Part shown: one piece after another, positions 1-8,890 of the stretch | Numbering within the stretch: position 1 is the first letter of the stretch | Layout of the letters: each line of letters opens with the position of its first letter | Assembly (NCBI GenBank): GCA_026014495.1 | Contig: JAOZIF010000165.1 | Span: 1 to 41,900, forward strand | DNA length: 41,900 nt | Origin: Candidatus Bathyarchaeum sp. | Lineage (GTDB): Archaea > Thermoproteota > Bathyarchaeia > Bathyarchaeales > Bathyarchaeaceae | Direction: 5' to 3' | Notes under the pieces: model-generated | Told to the model about the DNA's origin: nothing | Seen by the model: the letters and a program-made list of their open reading frames with translations, nothing else | The model's database searches: none | Made by a program: the position numbers and the translations under genes

Positions 1-53
1 TTAGGACCCTGTCCCGTAGGGGTTCGTGGGTTCGAATCCCACCCCCCGCACCA
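1..53 (+). tRNA. tRNA-Leu(TAG), 3' part (5' end outside window)
   Basis: Anticodon loop (c)T-TAG-GA at 1-6, stem strand CCCTG, long variable arm (TCCCGTAGGGG), T-loop GGTTCGAATCCC, 3' end CCCCCGCA-CCA. Confidence 0.9.
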
Positions 54-140
54 TTTTGCTGGAGAATTTGTTTGGTTTGATTTTTTCGCTTATTCCTAAA
101 TGCTTAAAACAAACATAATCTTAGTGGCTATCAAAACAAA

Positions 141-809
141 ATGGCTAGCTCTTGTATGGCAGGAAAAGATAAAATGCCGCAAGTTGAGAATCCCACTGGT
201 TTTTTTGGAAAACTGTTAGCAAGAGGTATGGCTTGGGGACATAGGGGTTTTTATAAAAATGCTGCCAAGGTTCTTGATCTTCAGCCTGATGACAGTTATC
301 TTGAGATCGGATTTGGTTCTGGTTTATTTATCAAAAAATATGCTGCCCATGTTTCCAGAATAGCTGGATTAGATTATTCTAAAGATATGGTGAACTTAGC
401 AAGCAGCATCAACAAGGGGCTCGTTAAAGCAGGAAAAGCTGAATTCAAAGAAGGAAACGTATCCTCTATACCGTGGGGTGATAATGAGTTTTCTGTAGTT
501 GTGGGGATTGAAACATTTTTCTTCTGGCCCGAACCAAAAACTGCACTAAAAGAAATCTTAAGAGTATTAGCACCTGAAGGCAGGTTAGTTCTTGAAATGG
601 CTTACAACAAGGATGATGGAAGAGACCACACAAAACATATAGAAAAATATAATTTTACACTATATAGCGGCGAAGAAATGAAGAAATTACTAGTTGAATC
701 TGGGTTTAGCGATGTTTCTATTGTTTATTACAAAAGCATATGGATTCCATTCAAAGGACATGTTGTTCCTAAAGGCATGGTTGTAAAAGCAAAAAAAGGC
801 AAAAACTGA
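141..809 (+). CDS. Class I SAM-dependent methyltransferase (UbiE/Methyltransf_11-like)
   Basis: Motif I YLEIGFGSG, acidic GLDYS, EGNVSSIPW, LKEILRVLAPEGRL. True start may be ATG 156 or 173. Confidence 0.85.
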   Translation: MASSCMAGKDKMPQVENPTGFFGKLLARGMAWGHRGFYKNAAKVLDLQPDDSYLEIGFGSGLFIKKYAAHVSRIAGLDYSKDMVNLASSINKGLVKAGKAEFKEGNVSSIPWGDNEFSVVVGIETFFFWPEPKTALKEILRVLAPEGRLVLEMAYNKDDGRDHTKHIEKYNFTLYSGEEMKKLLVESGFSDVSIVYYKSIWIPFKGHVVPKGMVVKAKKGKN

Positions 810-836
810 TACTAATCGTTTACTGGGAAACTGATT

Positions 837-863
837 GGGTTCAAATCCCGCTCCGCACCATTT
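837..863 (+). repeat. Degenerate copy of a tRNA 3' end (att-like)
   Basis: GGGTTCAAATCCCGCTCCGCACCATTT versus GGGTTCGAATCCCACCCCCCGCACCATTT at 28-56. Confidence 0.7.
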
Positions 864-963
864 GATGCGTCTGCTTTTCTGTTTGGGTCAGAGTTTTTTT
901 ATTCTCTAGTTGAGAGCAAAGGATTTTAGGCGCTGTGATTTTGTTCAAAAGCTGTGATTTGCA

Positions 964-1650
964 TTGCCGTATTGTGAAAATTGTGGAAAAGAGGTAAGCT
1001 CATCTTCAAAGTTTTGTGGACGATGTGGTTCTCCAGTAAACGTTGACACGCAAGCAACAACTGTGGATTCGCCTAAAGCAGTAAGTGCTGCTCCACAACC
1101 TGCTCCAAGCGTTTCTCCACAGACACAAACAAAGTCCACGTCTGAGCCAGTATTGGGTGTTTTGATGTTAAGAAAACCTAAATCTCTTGGCAGATATGAC
1201 AGCTTTTCAGGCGTATTGACGGGTCAGCGGCTTATTTTTGCTCAAATGACCGGCGATATGTTAAAGGATGCAATTAAGCAATCCAGAGAGCAGGCTAAAT
1301 CTGAAGGTAAGGGCTTTTTTGGTCAATGGGCTGAGCAACTTAAGGCTTCGGCGTCTTTTGCACAGCGTTACTACAGTATGGAGCCTTCAGTAGTGTTGGC
1401 TGAGACACCTGGCAACTCTGCAGTTCAAAACAGTTCTGTAAACGAAGTCAAATTGAAACTCAAAGATACTGGAACTCAAAATAATACTCGTGAATTTGAG
1501 ATTGAAATAAAGTCCAGTTCTGGAAAGTACAAGTTTAGAATGGATGAAAACAACGATTACGTGCAGATGCTAAAGACTGTTTATGGAGACCGAGTTAAAA
1601 CTCCGTTTGGATACTTCAGTAAGGGCGGAATGAAATTTAGTATAGGCTAA
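964..1650 (+). CDS. Zinc-ribbon domain-containing hypothetical protein
   Basis: N-terminal CxxC...CxxC (YCENCG...FCGRCG), Pro/Ser/Thr-rich linker, then a globular C-terminal domain. TTG start. Confidence 0.75.
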   Translation: MPYCENCGKEVSSSSKFCGRCGSPVNVDTQATTVDSPKAVSAAPQPAPSVSPQTQTKSTSEPVLGVLMLRKPKSLGRYDSFSGVLTGQRLIFAQMTGDMLKDAIKQSREQAKSEGKGFFGQWAEQLKASASFAQRYYSMEPSVVLAETPGNSAVQNSSVNEVKLKLKDTGTQNNTREFEIEIKSSSGKYKFRMDENNDYVQMLKTVYGDRVKTPFGYFSKGGMKFSIG

Positions 1651-2735
1651 TTGCCACCAATTGACTGTATTTCACTGCTTTGAGGTATTCCATCTTCATT
1701 TGTGTCTACCCAATGGAACATGTAATAGCAGTCTGTGTAGGCGTCAAGGTTTTGGGACATAACTTCTTTGAAGTATATTCCTGACGCCCAGGTTCCTTTC
1801 CATCCGACGCCATACATGACCAAAAAAGTGTTGTCGCCTTCCACATCATAAAACACCATTGCAATGAACATGTCTTCACTGTATCCGGAAGACGCAATGA
1901 CTGATAAAGGAAAATCGCAAATAGGTGCGCCTGTTCTGTTTTCAAAACAAAGATAATCCCCGTTCACGGTGAACGTGATAGGCAACAGATTTTTTACTGT
2001 TTCATAATAGTTTACGACCACGTTAGCAAGCCGTCCTCCAAACAGCGCGATTGTGGAATTGTTTATGGTTGTGGTGTTGATTGCGCCTGAAGGTAGCAGC
2101 CAGTTTTGTTGTGTGCTAAAGCCGTAGTTTTGAGTGTTTGTGCAAAGGTTTCTTAGTATTTCTCCTGATGTGCCGTCGTAAGTTGCTTCTGCCTGATTTT
2201 GGAGGGATGGATTGTTATAAATGAAGTACACTGTGTTAGCTGGGGCATTTAGAATCTGTTCGTTGGCAACTTCACTTAAACTGAGGTTACACTCTTTACA
2301 TTCTATTAAAATGTTAAAACTAAAGCTTGTTACGTCTTTGATTTTGGGAGAAACAGCCAACTCTAGTTGTATATGTTCTACTTGATTTGTGTATATGGGG
2401 TACCCCGTGTAGTCCCATGACAGCATCATGTTTTGTTGTGCATCTAGGGGCAACCAGTTTTGGGTCATAAGCTTTAGTACTACAGAATTGTTGCCTTCAT
2501 TTCGCACGTAGAAGTCATAATATTGTGTTGCCCCTGCGAGCAAGTTTCCCCAGTCTACTTGGTATACTACTTTTTCGCAGGTTGGGTCTGAATAAATTTG
2601 TACATTGTTTGATACCTCAACCGCAGAAACACTAAGAACGGGAGTTCTAAGAAACAGTAAATTAATCTGAACAAACGCAAACAGCGATACGCTAAGCAGC
2701 AAAATCGAGGCATACGATTTGTTGCGCTGCAACAT
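1647..2735 (-). CDS. Secreted/surface protein: N-terminal DWG/WDY domain plus S-layer-C-like domain
   Basis: Hydrophobic signal peptide; domain shared with 32460-33029; C-terminal ALFGGRLANVVV...YGVGWKGTWA resembles S-layer C-terminal domains; several N-x-S/T sequons. Confidence 0.7.
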   Translation of the reverse strand: MLQRNKSYASILLLSVSLFAFVQINLLFLRTPVLSVSAVEVSNNVQIYSDPTCEKVVYQVDWGNLLAGATQYYDFYVRNEGNNSVVLKLMTQNWLPLDAQQNMMLSWDYTGYPIYTNQVEHIQLELAVSPKIKDVTSFSFNILIECKECNLSLSEVANEQILNAPANTVYFIYNNPSLQNQAEATYDGTSGEILRNLCTNTQNYGFSTQQNWLLPSGAINTTTINNSTIALFGGRLANVVVNYYETVKNLLPITFTVNGDYLCFENRTGAPICDFPLSVIASSGYSEDMFIAMVFYDVEGDNTFLVMYGVGWKGTWASGIYFKEVMSQNLDAYTDCYYMFHWVDTNEDGIPQSSEIQSIGGN

Positions 2736-2870
2736 TTTTCACCCATATTTTAACCTTTTAATCATAACAAGAAGTTAAATTTTGGGGTATATAGACGGTA
2801 CAAGTACCTCAAATAAGTCCAGAGATTGAAACCTCACAAAACCCAGCAACAACAAAACACAAACCCGCCA

Positions 2871-2920
2871 GCATATTAGGAGACTAATATAGGTACATTG
2901 TTAAAAACAACCTTTTTTCA
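2871..2920 (+). repeat. Dispersed hairpin repeat A, copy 1
   Basis: GCATATTAGGAGACTAATATAGGTACATTGTTAAAAAC; core TATTAG-GAGA-CTAATA. Confidence 0.8.
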
Positions 2921-3158
2921 AAAAAAAAAACAAGAAAGAACACGCCTGCTCTTCAATTCTGTTTTCTTTGCTTTTGTCGGCAGCAATGGTGACTGTAATC
3001 TGTAAACAAGGCTGTCTAATCACTCAAGAATCTCAAAACGTAAAAAAACGCCAAAAAGTGCCAAGTTTAGACTGTTCTGCTTATTTATACGCGTTCAAAA
3101 AATCCATACAAAATCATTATATTACTCTTGCTTATCCTTAAGTGAAAACGTAACTTCG

Positions 3159-3911
3159 GTGATGAAACAAATGAAAACCATCAACATTGCCATGATAGGT
3201 GTTAGCGCTGCACTTTATGCTGTAGTAGGCATCTTAACAAACATGGGACTTGTAACTCCCGTTGTGGGCGTAGTAAAATTTTGGCCAGCAGTCATAATCC
3301 CCGGAATTTTTGCTGTGCTTTTTGGTCCTTGGGTAGGCGGAATTGGTGCAGCAATCGGAATCTTCGTTAGTGACATGGTTCAACCTGGACACGGAATAGC
3401 TCTTTTAGCGCTCACTGTTGGGTCAACCTCAAATTTTGCTGGGTTTTATCTAGTTGGTTTGATTTCAAGAAAGAAGATGAAGTGGCGTGACATACTTATC
3501 CTATTAGCTGTTGGTAGTGTGGCGTTAACTGGAATGAGTGCTTACCTGTTCTTAATTGAACAGTTAACTCTAGAGGTTTTAGCCATTTTCTTGGGAGTTA
3601 TCTTCGCTTCAGATGTCCTAGTTGTTGGATTTGGGTTATGGAAACCTGAATGGAAAACCTATGGTTTAGCATCTGTTGTTGGACTTCTTGTTGGAAGCGC
3701 AATAATCGGTTTTGGTCTTTTGGCCTACAGCCAAATTCTTCCATTACCCCTAACAACTGGATATGAACGCAACGCACCAATATACGCAAGCTTATTCTGG
3801 ATGCTTTGGACATTTGCTACCGAAATTCCATTCCTTGTAACAATTGTTCCACCTGTTGTAAAAATATGCTACCGTGCATTCCCTTTCTTAGCACCTCAAG
3901 ATAAACCATAA
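3159..3911 (+). CDS. ECF transporter S component
   Basis: N-terminal AALYAV motif, LFGPWVGGIGAAIG, about 7 TM segments; stop overlaps the next ATG (TAATG). Confidence 0.75.
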   Translation: MMKQMKTINIAMIGVSAALYAVVGILTNMGLVTPVVGVVKFWPAVIIPGIFAVLFGPWVGGIGAAIGIFVSDMVQPGHGIALLALTVGSTSNFAGFYLVGLISRKKMKWRDILILLAVGSVALTGMSAYLFLIEQLTLEVLAIFLGVIFASDVLVVGFGLWKPEWKTYGLASVVGLLVGSAIIGFGLLAYSQILPLPLTTGYERNAPIYASLFWMLWTFATEIPFLVTIVPPVVKICYRAFPFLAPQDKP

Positions 3912-4858
3912 TGGAGAAAACTGACATGCTCAATCTAGCAAGAGCCTTTAGCCCTGCTGGCATCTCTAGCTTTTTTGAGATATGTGACCAAACCGCAAAT
4001 GGAAAACTGATTGCAGACCCCGAGCAGGTTGGTGCTCGTGGGGGCGGTTTTTCTCCAGACAAAGGCGTTTTAACAGAGGTTGTTGTGGCTGAGGCTAAAG
4101 AAAAACAGGTTCAAGTGTTCATCAACGGGAAATCTTGCCCTGAAGCTGAAACAACAAAATCAGTTGTTAACGCCCTTTTGAAACATGTTTCAGAAACATA
4201 CAATGTCACCGTAAACCATCACGTGGAGGTTCCTGTTGGTGCTGGTTTTGGCTCTAGTGCAGCAGGCGCCCTAAGTGCTGCTTTGGCTCTAAGTAAAGCG
4301 TTGAGGCTGAATTTCACATACAATCAATTAGGCAGAGTAGCTCATGTTGCTGAAGTAAAATCCAAAACGGGTTTAGGAACAGTTGGTCCACTACTATTTG
4401 GAGGCTGCGGATTAACAATCAAGCCTGGAGCACCCGGATTAGCTCAGTTAGACCGCATTCCTGTTTCTTCTGACCACAGACTAGTCATTGGCACATTTAG
4501 ACCATATCCTACAAAAGAAATACTTTCTTTTCCAGAACAAAGAGAAAGAATTAACTACTGGGGACAAAAAACTCTCAAACGTATCCTTGCAGACCCATCT
4601 TTGGAGAACTTTATGGATGCTTGCAAAACATTTTCCTTGGAGACGGGTTTTGCTACGAGCCGCGTCAAAAAGTTGATGGAACTGTCCGAGAACGCGGGGG
4701 CTGTTGGTGCTGCACAGAACATGTTGGGGGAAGCTGTTCATGCCTTGGTTACCGTAGACAACTTGGAATCTGTTCATGAATCCTTCAAAAAGTTATTACC
4801 AAAAGAAAAGATTATAATCGCAAACCTTGACTTTCAAGGCGCACGCATAGTCGGGTGA
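3911..4858 (+). CDS. pok: Pantoate kinase (GHMP family)
   Basis: PAGISSFF N-terminus, GHMP motif PVGAGFGSSAAG, GLGTV, QNMLGEAV; adjacent to coaD. Confidence 0.85.
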   Translation: MEKTDMLNLARAFSPAGISSFFEICDQTANGKLIADPEQVGARGGGFSPDKGVLTEVVVAEAKEKQVQVFINGKSCPEAETTKSVVNALLKHVSETYNVTVNHHVEVPVGAGFGSSAAGALSAALALSKALRLNFTYNQLGRVAHVAEVKSKTGLGTVGPLLFGGCGLTIKPGAPGLAQLDRIPVSSDHRLVIGTFRPYPTKEILSFPEQRERINYWGQKTLKRILADPSLENFMDACKTFSLETGFATSRVKKLMELSENAGAVGAAQNMLGEAVHALVTVDNLESVHESFKKLLPKEKIIIANLDFQGARIVG

Positions 4859-4867
4859 TAATGTATC

Positions 4868-5335
4868 GTGGAACGAATGTTTAAGACCGTGGCTGTTGGA
4901 GGAACCTTTGACCTATTTCACAATGGTCATTTAGCCCTGTTGCTTAAAGCATTCGAGGTTGGTAACTATGTTCTTATTGGTTTGTGCTCAGATGACTTTG
5001 TCAAGTCAAGGAAGCCTCACAGTATAGCGTCCTATGCCCAGCGTCTTGAAGACCTAAAAGAGTTCTTGAAAAAAAACGGGCTTTTGGAACGAGCAGAAAT
5101 TACGCCCTTAACTGATGCTTACGGAGTCACATTGTCAGATACACGAATCGATGCCATTGTTGTAAGTGAAGAAACAGAGCCTCGTGCTTATGAAATCAAC
5201 AAAAAACGGAAAAGTTTGGGCTTATCATCCTTGCCCATTGTAACTGTCAAGATGGTTTTGTCTGAAGACCATTACCCAATCTCGTCTACGCGTATCTGGT
5301 TTGAAGAGATTGACAGAGAAGGACACTTGCTCTAA
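4868..5335 (+). CDS. coaD: Phosphopantetheine adenylyltransferase (archaeal/eukaryal type)
   Basis: VGGTFDLFHNGH (HxGH), IVVSEET, ISSTRI. Confidence 0.9.
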   Translation: MERMFKTVAVGGTFDLFHNGHLALLLKAFEVGNYVLIGLCSDDFVKSRKPHSIASYAQRLEDLKEFLKKNGLLERAEITPLTDAYGVTLSDTRIDAIVVSEETEPRAYEINKKRKSLGLSSLPIVTVKMVLSEDHYPISSTRIWFEEIDREGHLL

Positions 5336-5395
5336 CTTTAGCGACTGTTTTAAGCTCCTTTGTACACAGTTTATGTCAAAGACTGATGTGATGCA

Positions 5396-6511
5396 GTGAA
5401 AAGAACAGGGGTTACAAACCTTCCACTCCATTACGGTAAAGCGCCAAGATGGCTTGTTTTTAGAATGCAAAAACTAGCCAAAGAAATGGTGACCATAATG
5501 GTGGACGAGTATGGCGTGGACATGTTCTTGCGGCGCGTTTCTGATCCCTTGTGGTTTCAGGCTTTGGGTTGCGTTTTGGGTTACGATTGGCATTCCTCTG
5601 GTGTGACTACTGTTTTAACGGGGGTTCTAAAGATCGCAGTAAACTCAACAGAGGTTGGTTTAACTGTTTGTGGCGGAAAAGGAAAGACCTCCCGTAAAAC
5701 TCCTGCAGAAATTGACCTTCTGGGCGAAAAATATGGCTTCTCCTCAAACAAACTTGATGGGTTATTATATGCTAGTAAAATGAGCGCCAAAGTCGACACA
5801 ACTGCCGTTCAAGCAGGTTATCCCCTTTATCATCATGCCTTTTTTGTCACCGAACATGGAGAATGGGCTGTAGTTCAGCAAGGACTAAACACCGAGAACC
5901 GCTCAGCACGGAGATACCATTGGCTGTCTGAGAACGTTAAAGATTTTGTTGTTGAACCGCACGATGCCGTAGTTGGAGACATAAAACATGATGTTGTGTT
6001 AGACATGACTGCACAGGCAAGTGAAGGCTGCAGAAAAACCTCTACTGACATCATCAACGAGAACCCAAAAAAGTTGAGAAAAACTCTGTTTTCTATTCGT
6101 CCCACAAATCAAAAATCTTTGCAGGAGTGGATTCCATCGCCTCTGGAAAAAAATTATGCGGTCGATGCTTTTTCTTTACCACGTAACCTTGATTGGAAAG
6201 CAGTTAAACGAGCATACGATTTTCAGCCCAAAAATTACGAAGAATTACTGGGTATCAAAGGCGTAGGTCCTGCAACTGTCCGTGCTTTAGCTTTGGTTTC
6301 CGAGTTGGTTCACGGCGAGAAGCCATGCTGGGATGACCCTATCAAATACAGTTTTTGTGTGGGTGGAAAAGATGGGGTTCCTTATCCTGTGGACAGGGCA
6401 ACTTATGATGAAACGATTGAAATTTTGGAGAATGCTGTGAAGCAGGCTAAGGTTGGTGGTAAGGAGAAACTTAATGCAGTGAAACGGCTTCGTGTTCTTG
6501 CTGCTAGGTGA
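5396..6511 (+). CDS. DUF763 domain-containing protein
   Basis: LPLHYGKAP, YDWHSSGVTT, KVDTTAVQAGY, HhH-like GIKGVGPATVRAL, GGKDGVPYPV. Confidence 0.85.
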   Translation: MKRTGVTNLPLHYGKAPRWLVFRMQKLAKEMVTIMVDEYGVDMFLRRVSDPLWFQALGCVLGYDWHSSGVTTVLTGVLKIAVNSTEVGLTVCGGKGKTSRKTPAEIDLLGEKYGFSSNKLDGLLYASKMSAKVDTTAVQAGYPLYHHAFFVTEHGEWAVVQQGLNTENRSARRYHWLSENVKDFVVEPHDAVVGDIKHDVVLDMTAQASEGCRKTSTDIINENPKKLRKTLFSIRPTNQKSLQEWIPSPLEKNYAVDAFSLPRNLDWKAVKRAYDFQPKNYEELLGIKGVGPATVRALALVSELVHGEKPCWDDPIKYSFCVGGKDGVPYPVDRATYDETIEILENAVKQAKVGGKEKLNAVKRLRVLAAR

Positions 6512-6595
6512 TGTTAACTGTTTTTTGGGATTGTTTATGTTTTAATTCAATTTTAACATGAATGGTTAAAAACTTCTTATATCTTAAGTCTTGTA

Positions 6596-6844
6596 TTGCA
6601 ATATGATGTAAGTGTGCCAACAATGCCGAAAAAAGCTCATATCACAGTGAACTTGTTGCCCGAAGCATCAAAATCAACAACAACTCAAATCAAAGGCAGA
6701 ATACGAAACAATGCAAAAATCCCCTTATGCAAAGAAATAGAGGCCATAACAATAGAAGATATTGACGCATCCTATGAGAACTTGAAAAAACACGGCATTT
6801 CCAGCAACGTAGCACGAAACCTCATGGATTTGTACACCGAGTAA
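6596..6844 (+). CDS. Small hypothetical protein
   Basis: 82-aa ORF filling an intergenic gap; start could be ATG 6623. Confidence 0.5.
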   Translation: MQYDVSVPTMPKKAHITVNLLPEASKSTTTQIKGRIRNNAKIPLCKEIEAITIEDIDASYENLKKHGISSNVARNLMDLYTE

Positions 6845-6916
6845 CAAAAAACATTGCCAAACAGTGTAGCACCCAAAAATCTGAAACCCTAAACTTGAAT
6901 CACTAACTTTCGTAAG

Positions 6917-7462
6917 TTACGATATTTTTTCGCGCACTTGTGTGGTCACATCCAATTCAGCAAACATCTCCCTTTTCGCTTTACATATTGGACAAACATA
7001 AGGTGGGTCTTCGCGGAAACATACATAGCCGCATTGTTTGCAGTACCACAATTTTGTTTGTATTTCAGGCGTTTTCTTTATTGCTGTTTTTGCACTTTCG
7101 GCTGTTTGTTCAGTGGAAATTGTGTATGCTCTGCCTTGTTTTTCTAGGGGTCTTCTTTCTGGAATGGGTTTTGCAGACTTTTTTTTGTCATAAATCTCTT
7201 TTGTGACGTATAACCCGCAGTAACATTGTCCATAATCGTTTACATCGGGGTCTCTGTAGTCACATGGGCAGATTATATCTCTGTCCAGTTCCAGCTTTCC
7301 TGAAGCTAATCTACATGGGCACGAAGGGTAGCCATAGCGTTGTTCGTTTTTGTGCAGTCCTTCAAGCAGGTCTTTGAGAAGCTCTTGGTCGGATGCTAGA
7401 TAATATCCGTTGGTTTTTGCGTCATTTTCTGCTCGTTTTCTTGTGTTTTCTATTGTTGTCAA
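6917..7462 (-). CDS. Ferredoxin:thioredoxin/disulfide reductase catalytic subunit fused to a rubredoxin-like domain
   Basis: CPC, CPC and CYC motifs, followed by WYCKQCGY...PYVCPICKA. Confidence 0.9.
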   Translation of the reverse strand: MTTIENTRKRAENDAKTNGYYLASDQELLKDLLEGLHKNEQRYGYPSCPCRLASGKLELDRDIICPCDYRDPDVNDYGQCYCGLYVTKEIYDKKKSAKPIPERRPLEKQGRAYTISTEQTAESAKTAIKKTPEIQTKLWYCKQCGYVCFREDPPYVCPICKAKREMFAELDVTTQVREKIS

Positions 7463-7743
7463 AGCTCCAAAACCTCTCTTAGTTTGTCTTGTGGTGCACC
7501 AGTCAACAGAATCTTGTTGTCTATGATTACGGTTGGATATGCAAGTGGTCCTCCACGGGTTTGGATGTCTTGCCTAATTTTGTTTCTATCTTCACTGCTA
7601 CAAAGGTCGACGTCAATGTATTCGTATTCAATCTCATTCTCGTTCAAGAATTTCTTGGCACGTTTGCACCAGCCACATGTGCTTATTGCGTACAAGAGAA
7701 CGTGGTGCTTGTTGTTTTTTCCCGCAACTTTTACGGTTTGCAT
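7459..7743 (-). CDS. Glutaredoxin/NrdH-like redoxin
   Basis: STCGWCKRAK active site, cis-Pro YPTVII; 4-bp overlap with the FTR gene. Confidence 0.9.
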   Translation of the reverse strand: MQTVKVAGKNNKHHVLLYAISTCGWCKRAKKFLNENEIEYEYIDVDLCSSEDRNKIRQDIQTRGGPLAYPTVIIDNKILLTGAPQDKLREVLEL

Positions 7744-7848
7744 CTATATCTCCCCTTTTTACTGTTACTTTTGCGATTTGATAAAAATTAACTAATAATT
7801 GTAAATGCTATTGTTCCTCATTAAGGTATCACAAAAGACAGACAACAG

Positions 7849-8865
7849 CTATATCAAGTTCATGTGATCCGAAGGCTTGCTCCCAAGCAGCAACCTGTAG
7901 TGGTCACTTTTTCCTTTTTGTTGAATTCTTTCAAGTTTACCGTGTGCAATCACGTTTTCACCACTTTTTGCGTGTTCACAAAATCTTCCTCGAAATGACA
8001 CGATCTCCTCAATTGGCTCAACTTTTGGTCCTTCAAGAGTTTCCACATTGGTGAGCTTGTATGTGCATGGCGTGAAGAGTGATTCTGAAGCGTCTGCAAC
8101 TGTGGCTTTTATTGTTGCGTTGCCTTGTGGATTGTAGATGATGCTGCCGTATTGTTCACTGATTTCGTTGTGGTCTTTTACGAAGCGGATGAAGAAGTGT
8201 TTTCCCATAAATTTGCCGTGTGAGATTTTTCGGGAGTCGGTTCGAACGAAATCTTCGAAAGATACGTTGGTGTCCTTCGAACGAAAATCGAACAGCTCTT
8301 TTAGTCCTTGTATGTCGTACGCTTCAAATGGGCTGTTTTTGTCTTTTAGCAGATTTTTCATGGTTTCTGCTACTTTGTATCCTGTCTTGGACCCGTAAAC
8401 GACTAGGTCAATGTCTGATGAGGGCTCCTGAAGATTAACTAAAATAGAGCCTGAAACGCCCAGTTTGCTCCATTCTACACCCGATTTTTCTTGGAGGACT
8501 TGCATGAACCGTAACGCCGCTGTTTCTGCTTCATCTAATTTGGTTTTAGCTCGCAGGTCTTGTATTCCCTGTGCTGGCTGATAGTGATGTTTTATGTCCT
8601 CTACTGGAACTTCACAGAGCAAAGTGTTGAAGACAGGGTCATCTACTAAGTATTGTGGGTATTCTCGTTTTAGCAGGTCGTAGCGTTTGGCGAGTGCATA
8701 GTATTTGCTGTAATGTTTTCCGTCTCTTTCTCGGTTGCCGTTTGGGTCTGGAACATAACGGATGAAAGCCACCACACGGTCTGGAGGATGAACTACTCCT
8801 TTAACATCAAAAACTATGTTATCTTTTGTTTCTATGAGGTCGCCTTCTCTAAATTTTGTGCCCAT
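7849..8865 (-). CDS. Predicted nucleotidyltransferase (COG1665-like)
   Basis: Pol-beta-type motif GVSGSILV...SSDIDLVVYG. Confidence 0.75.
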   Translation of the reverse strand: MGTKFREGDLIETKDNIVFDVKGVVHPPDRVVAFIRYVPDPNGNRERDGKHYSKYYALAKRYDLLKREYPQYLVDDPVFNTLLCEVPVEDIKHHYQPAQGIQDLRAKTKLDEAETAALRFMQVLQEKSGVEWSKLGVSGSILVNLQEPSSDIDLVVYGSKTGYKVAETMKNLLKDKNSPFEAYDIQGLKELFDFRSKDTNVSFEDFVRTDSRKISHGKFMGKHFFIRFVKDHNEISEQYGSIIYNPQGNATIKATVADASESLFTPCTYKLTNVETLEGPKVEPIEEIVSFRGRFCEHAKSGENVIAHGKLERIQQKGKSDHYRLLLGSKPSDHMNLI

Positions 8866-8890
8866 TTTGTAGCCTTCTTTTTTGTGGGTG

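Noticed and set aside
2914-2930. T6-C-A11 homopolymer as a phase-variation tract
   Set aside because: Intergenic, at the tail of repeat A, and not in a coding frame or an obvious promoter spacer.
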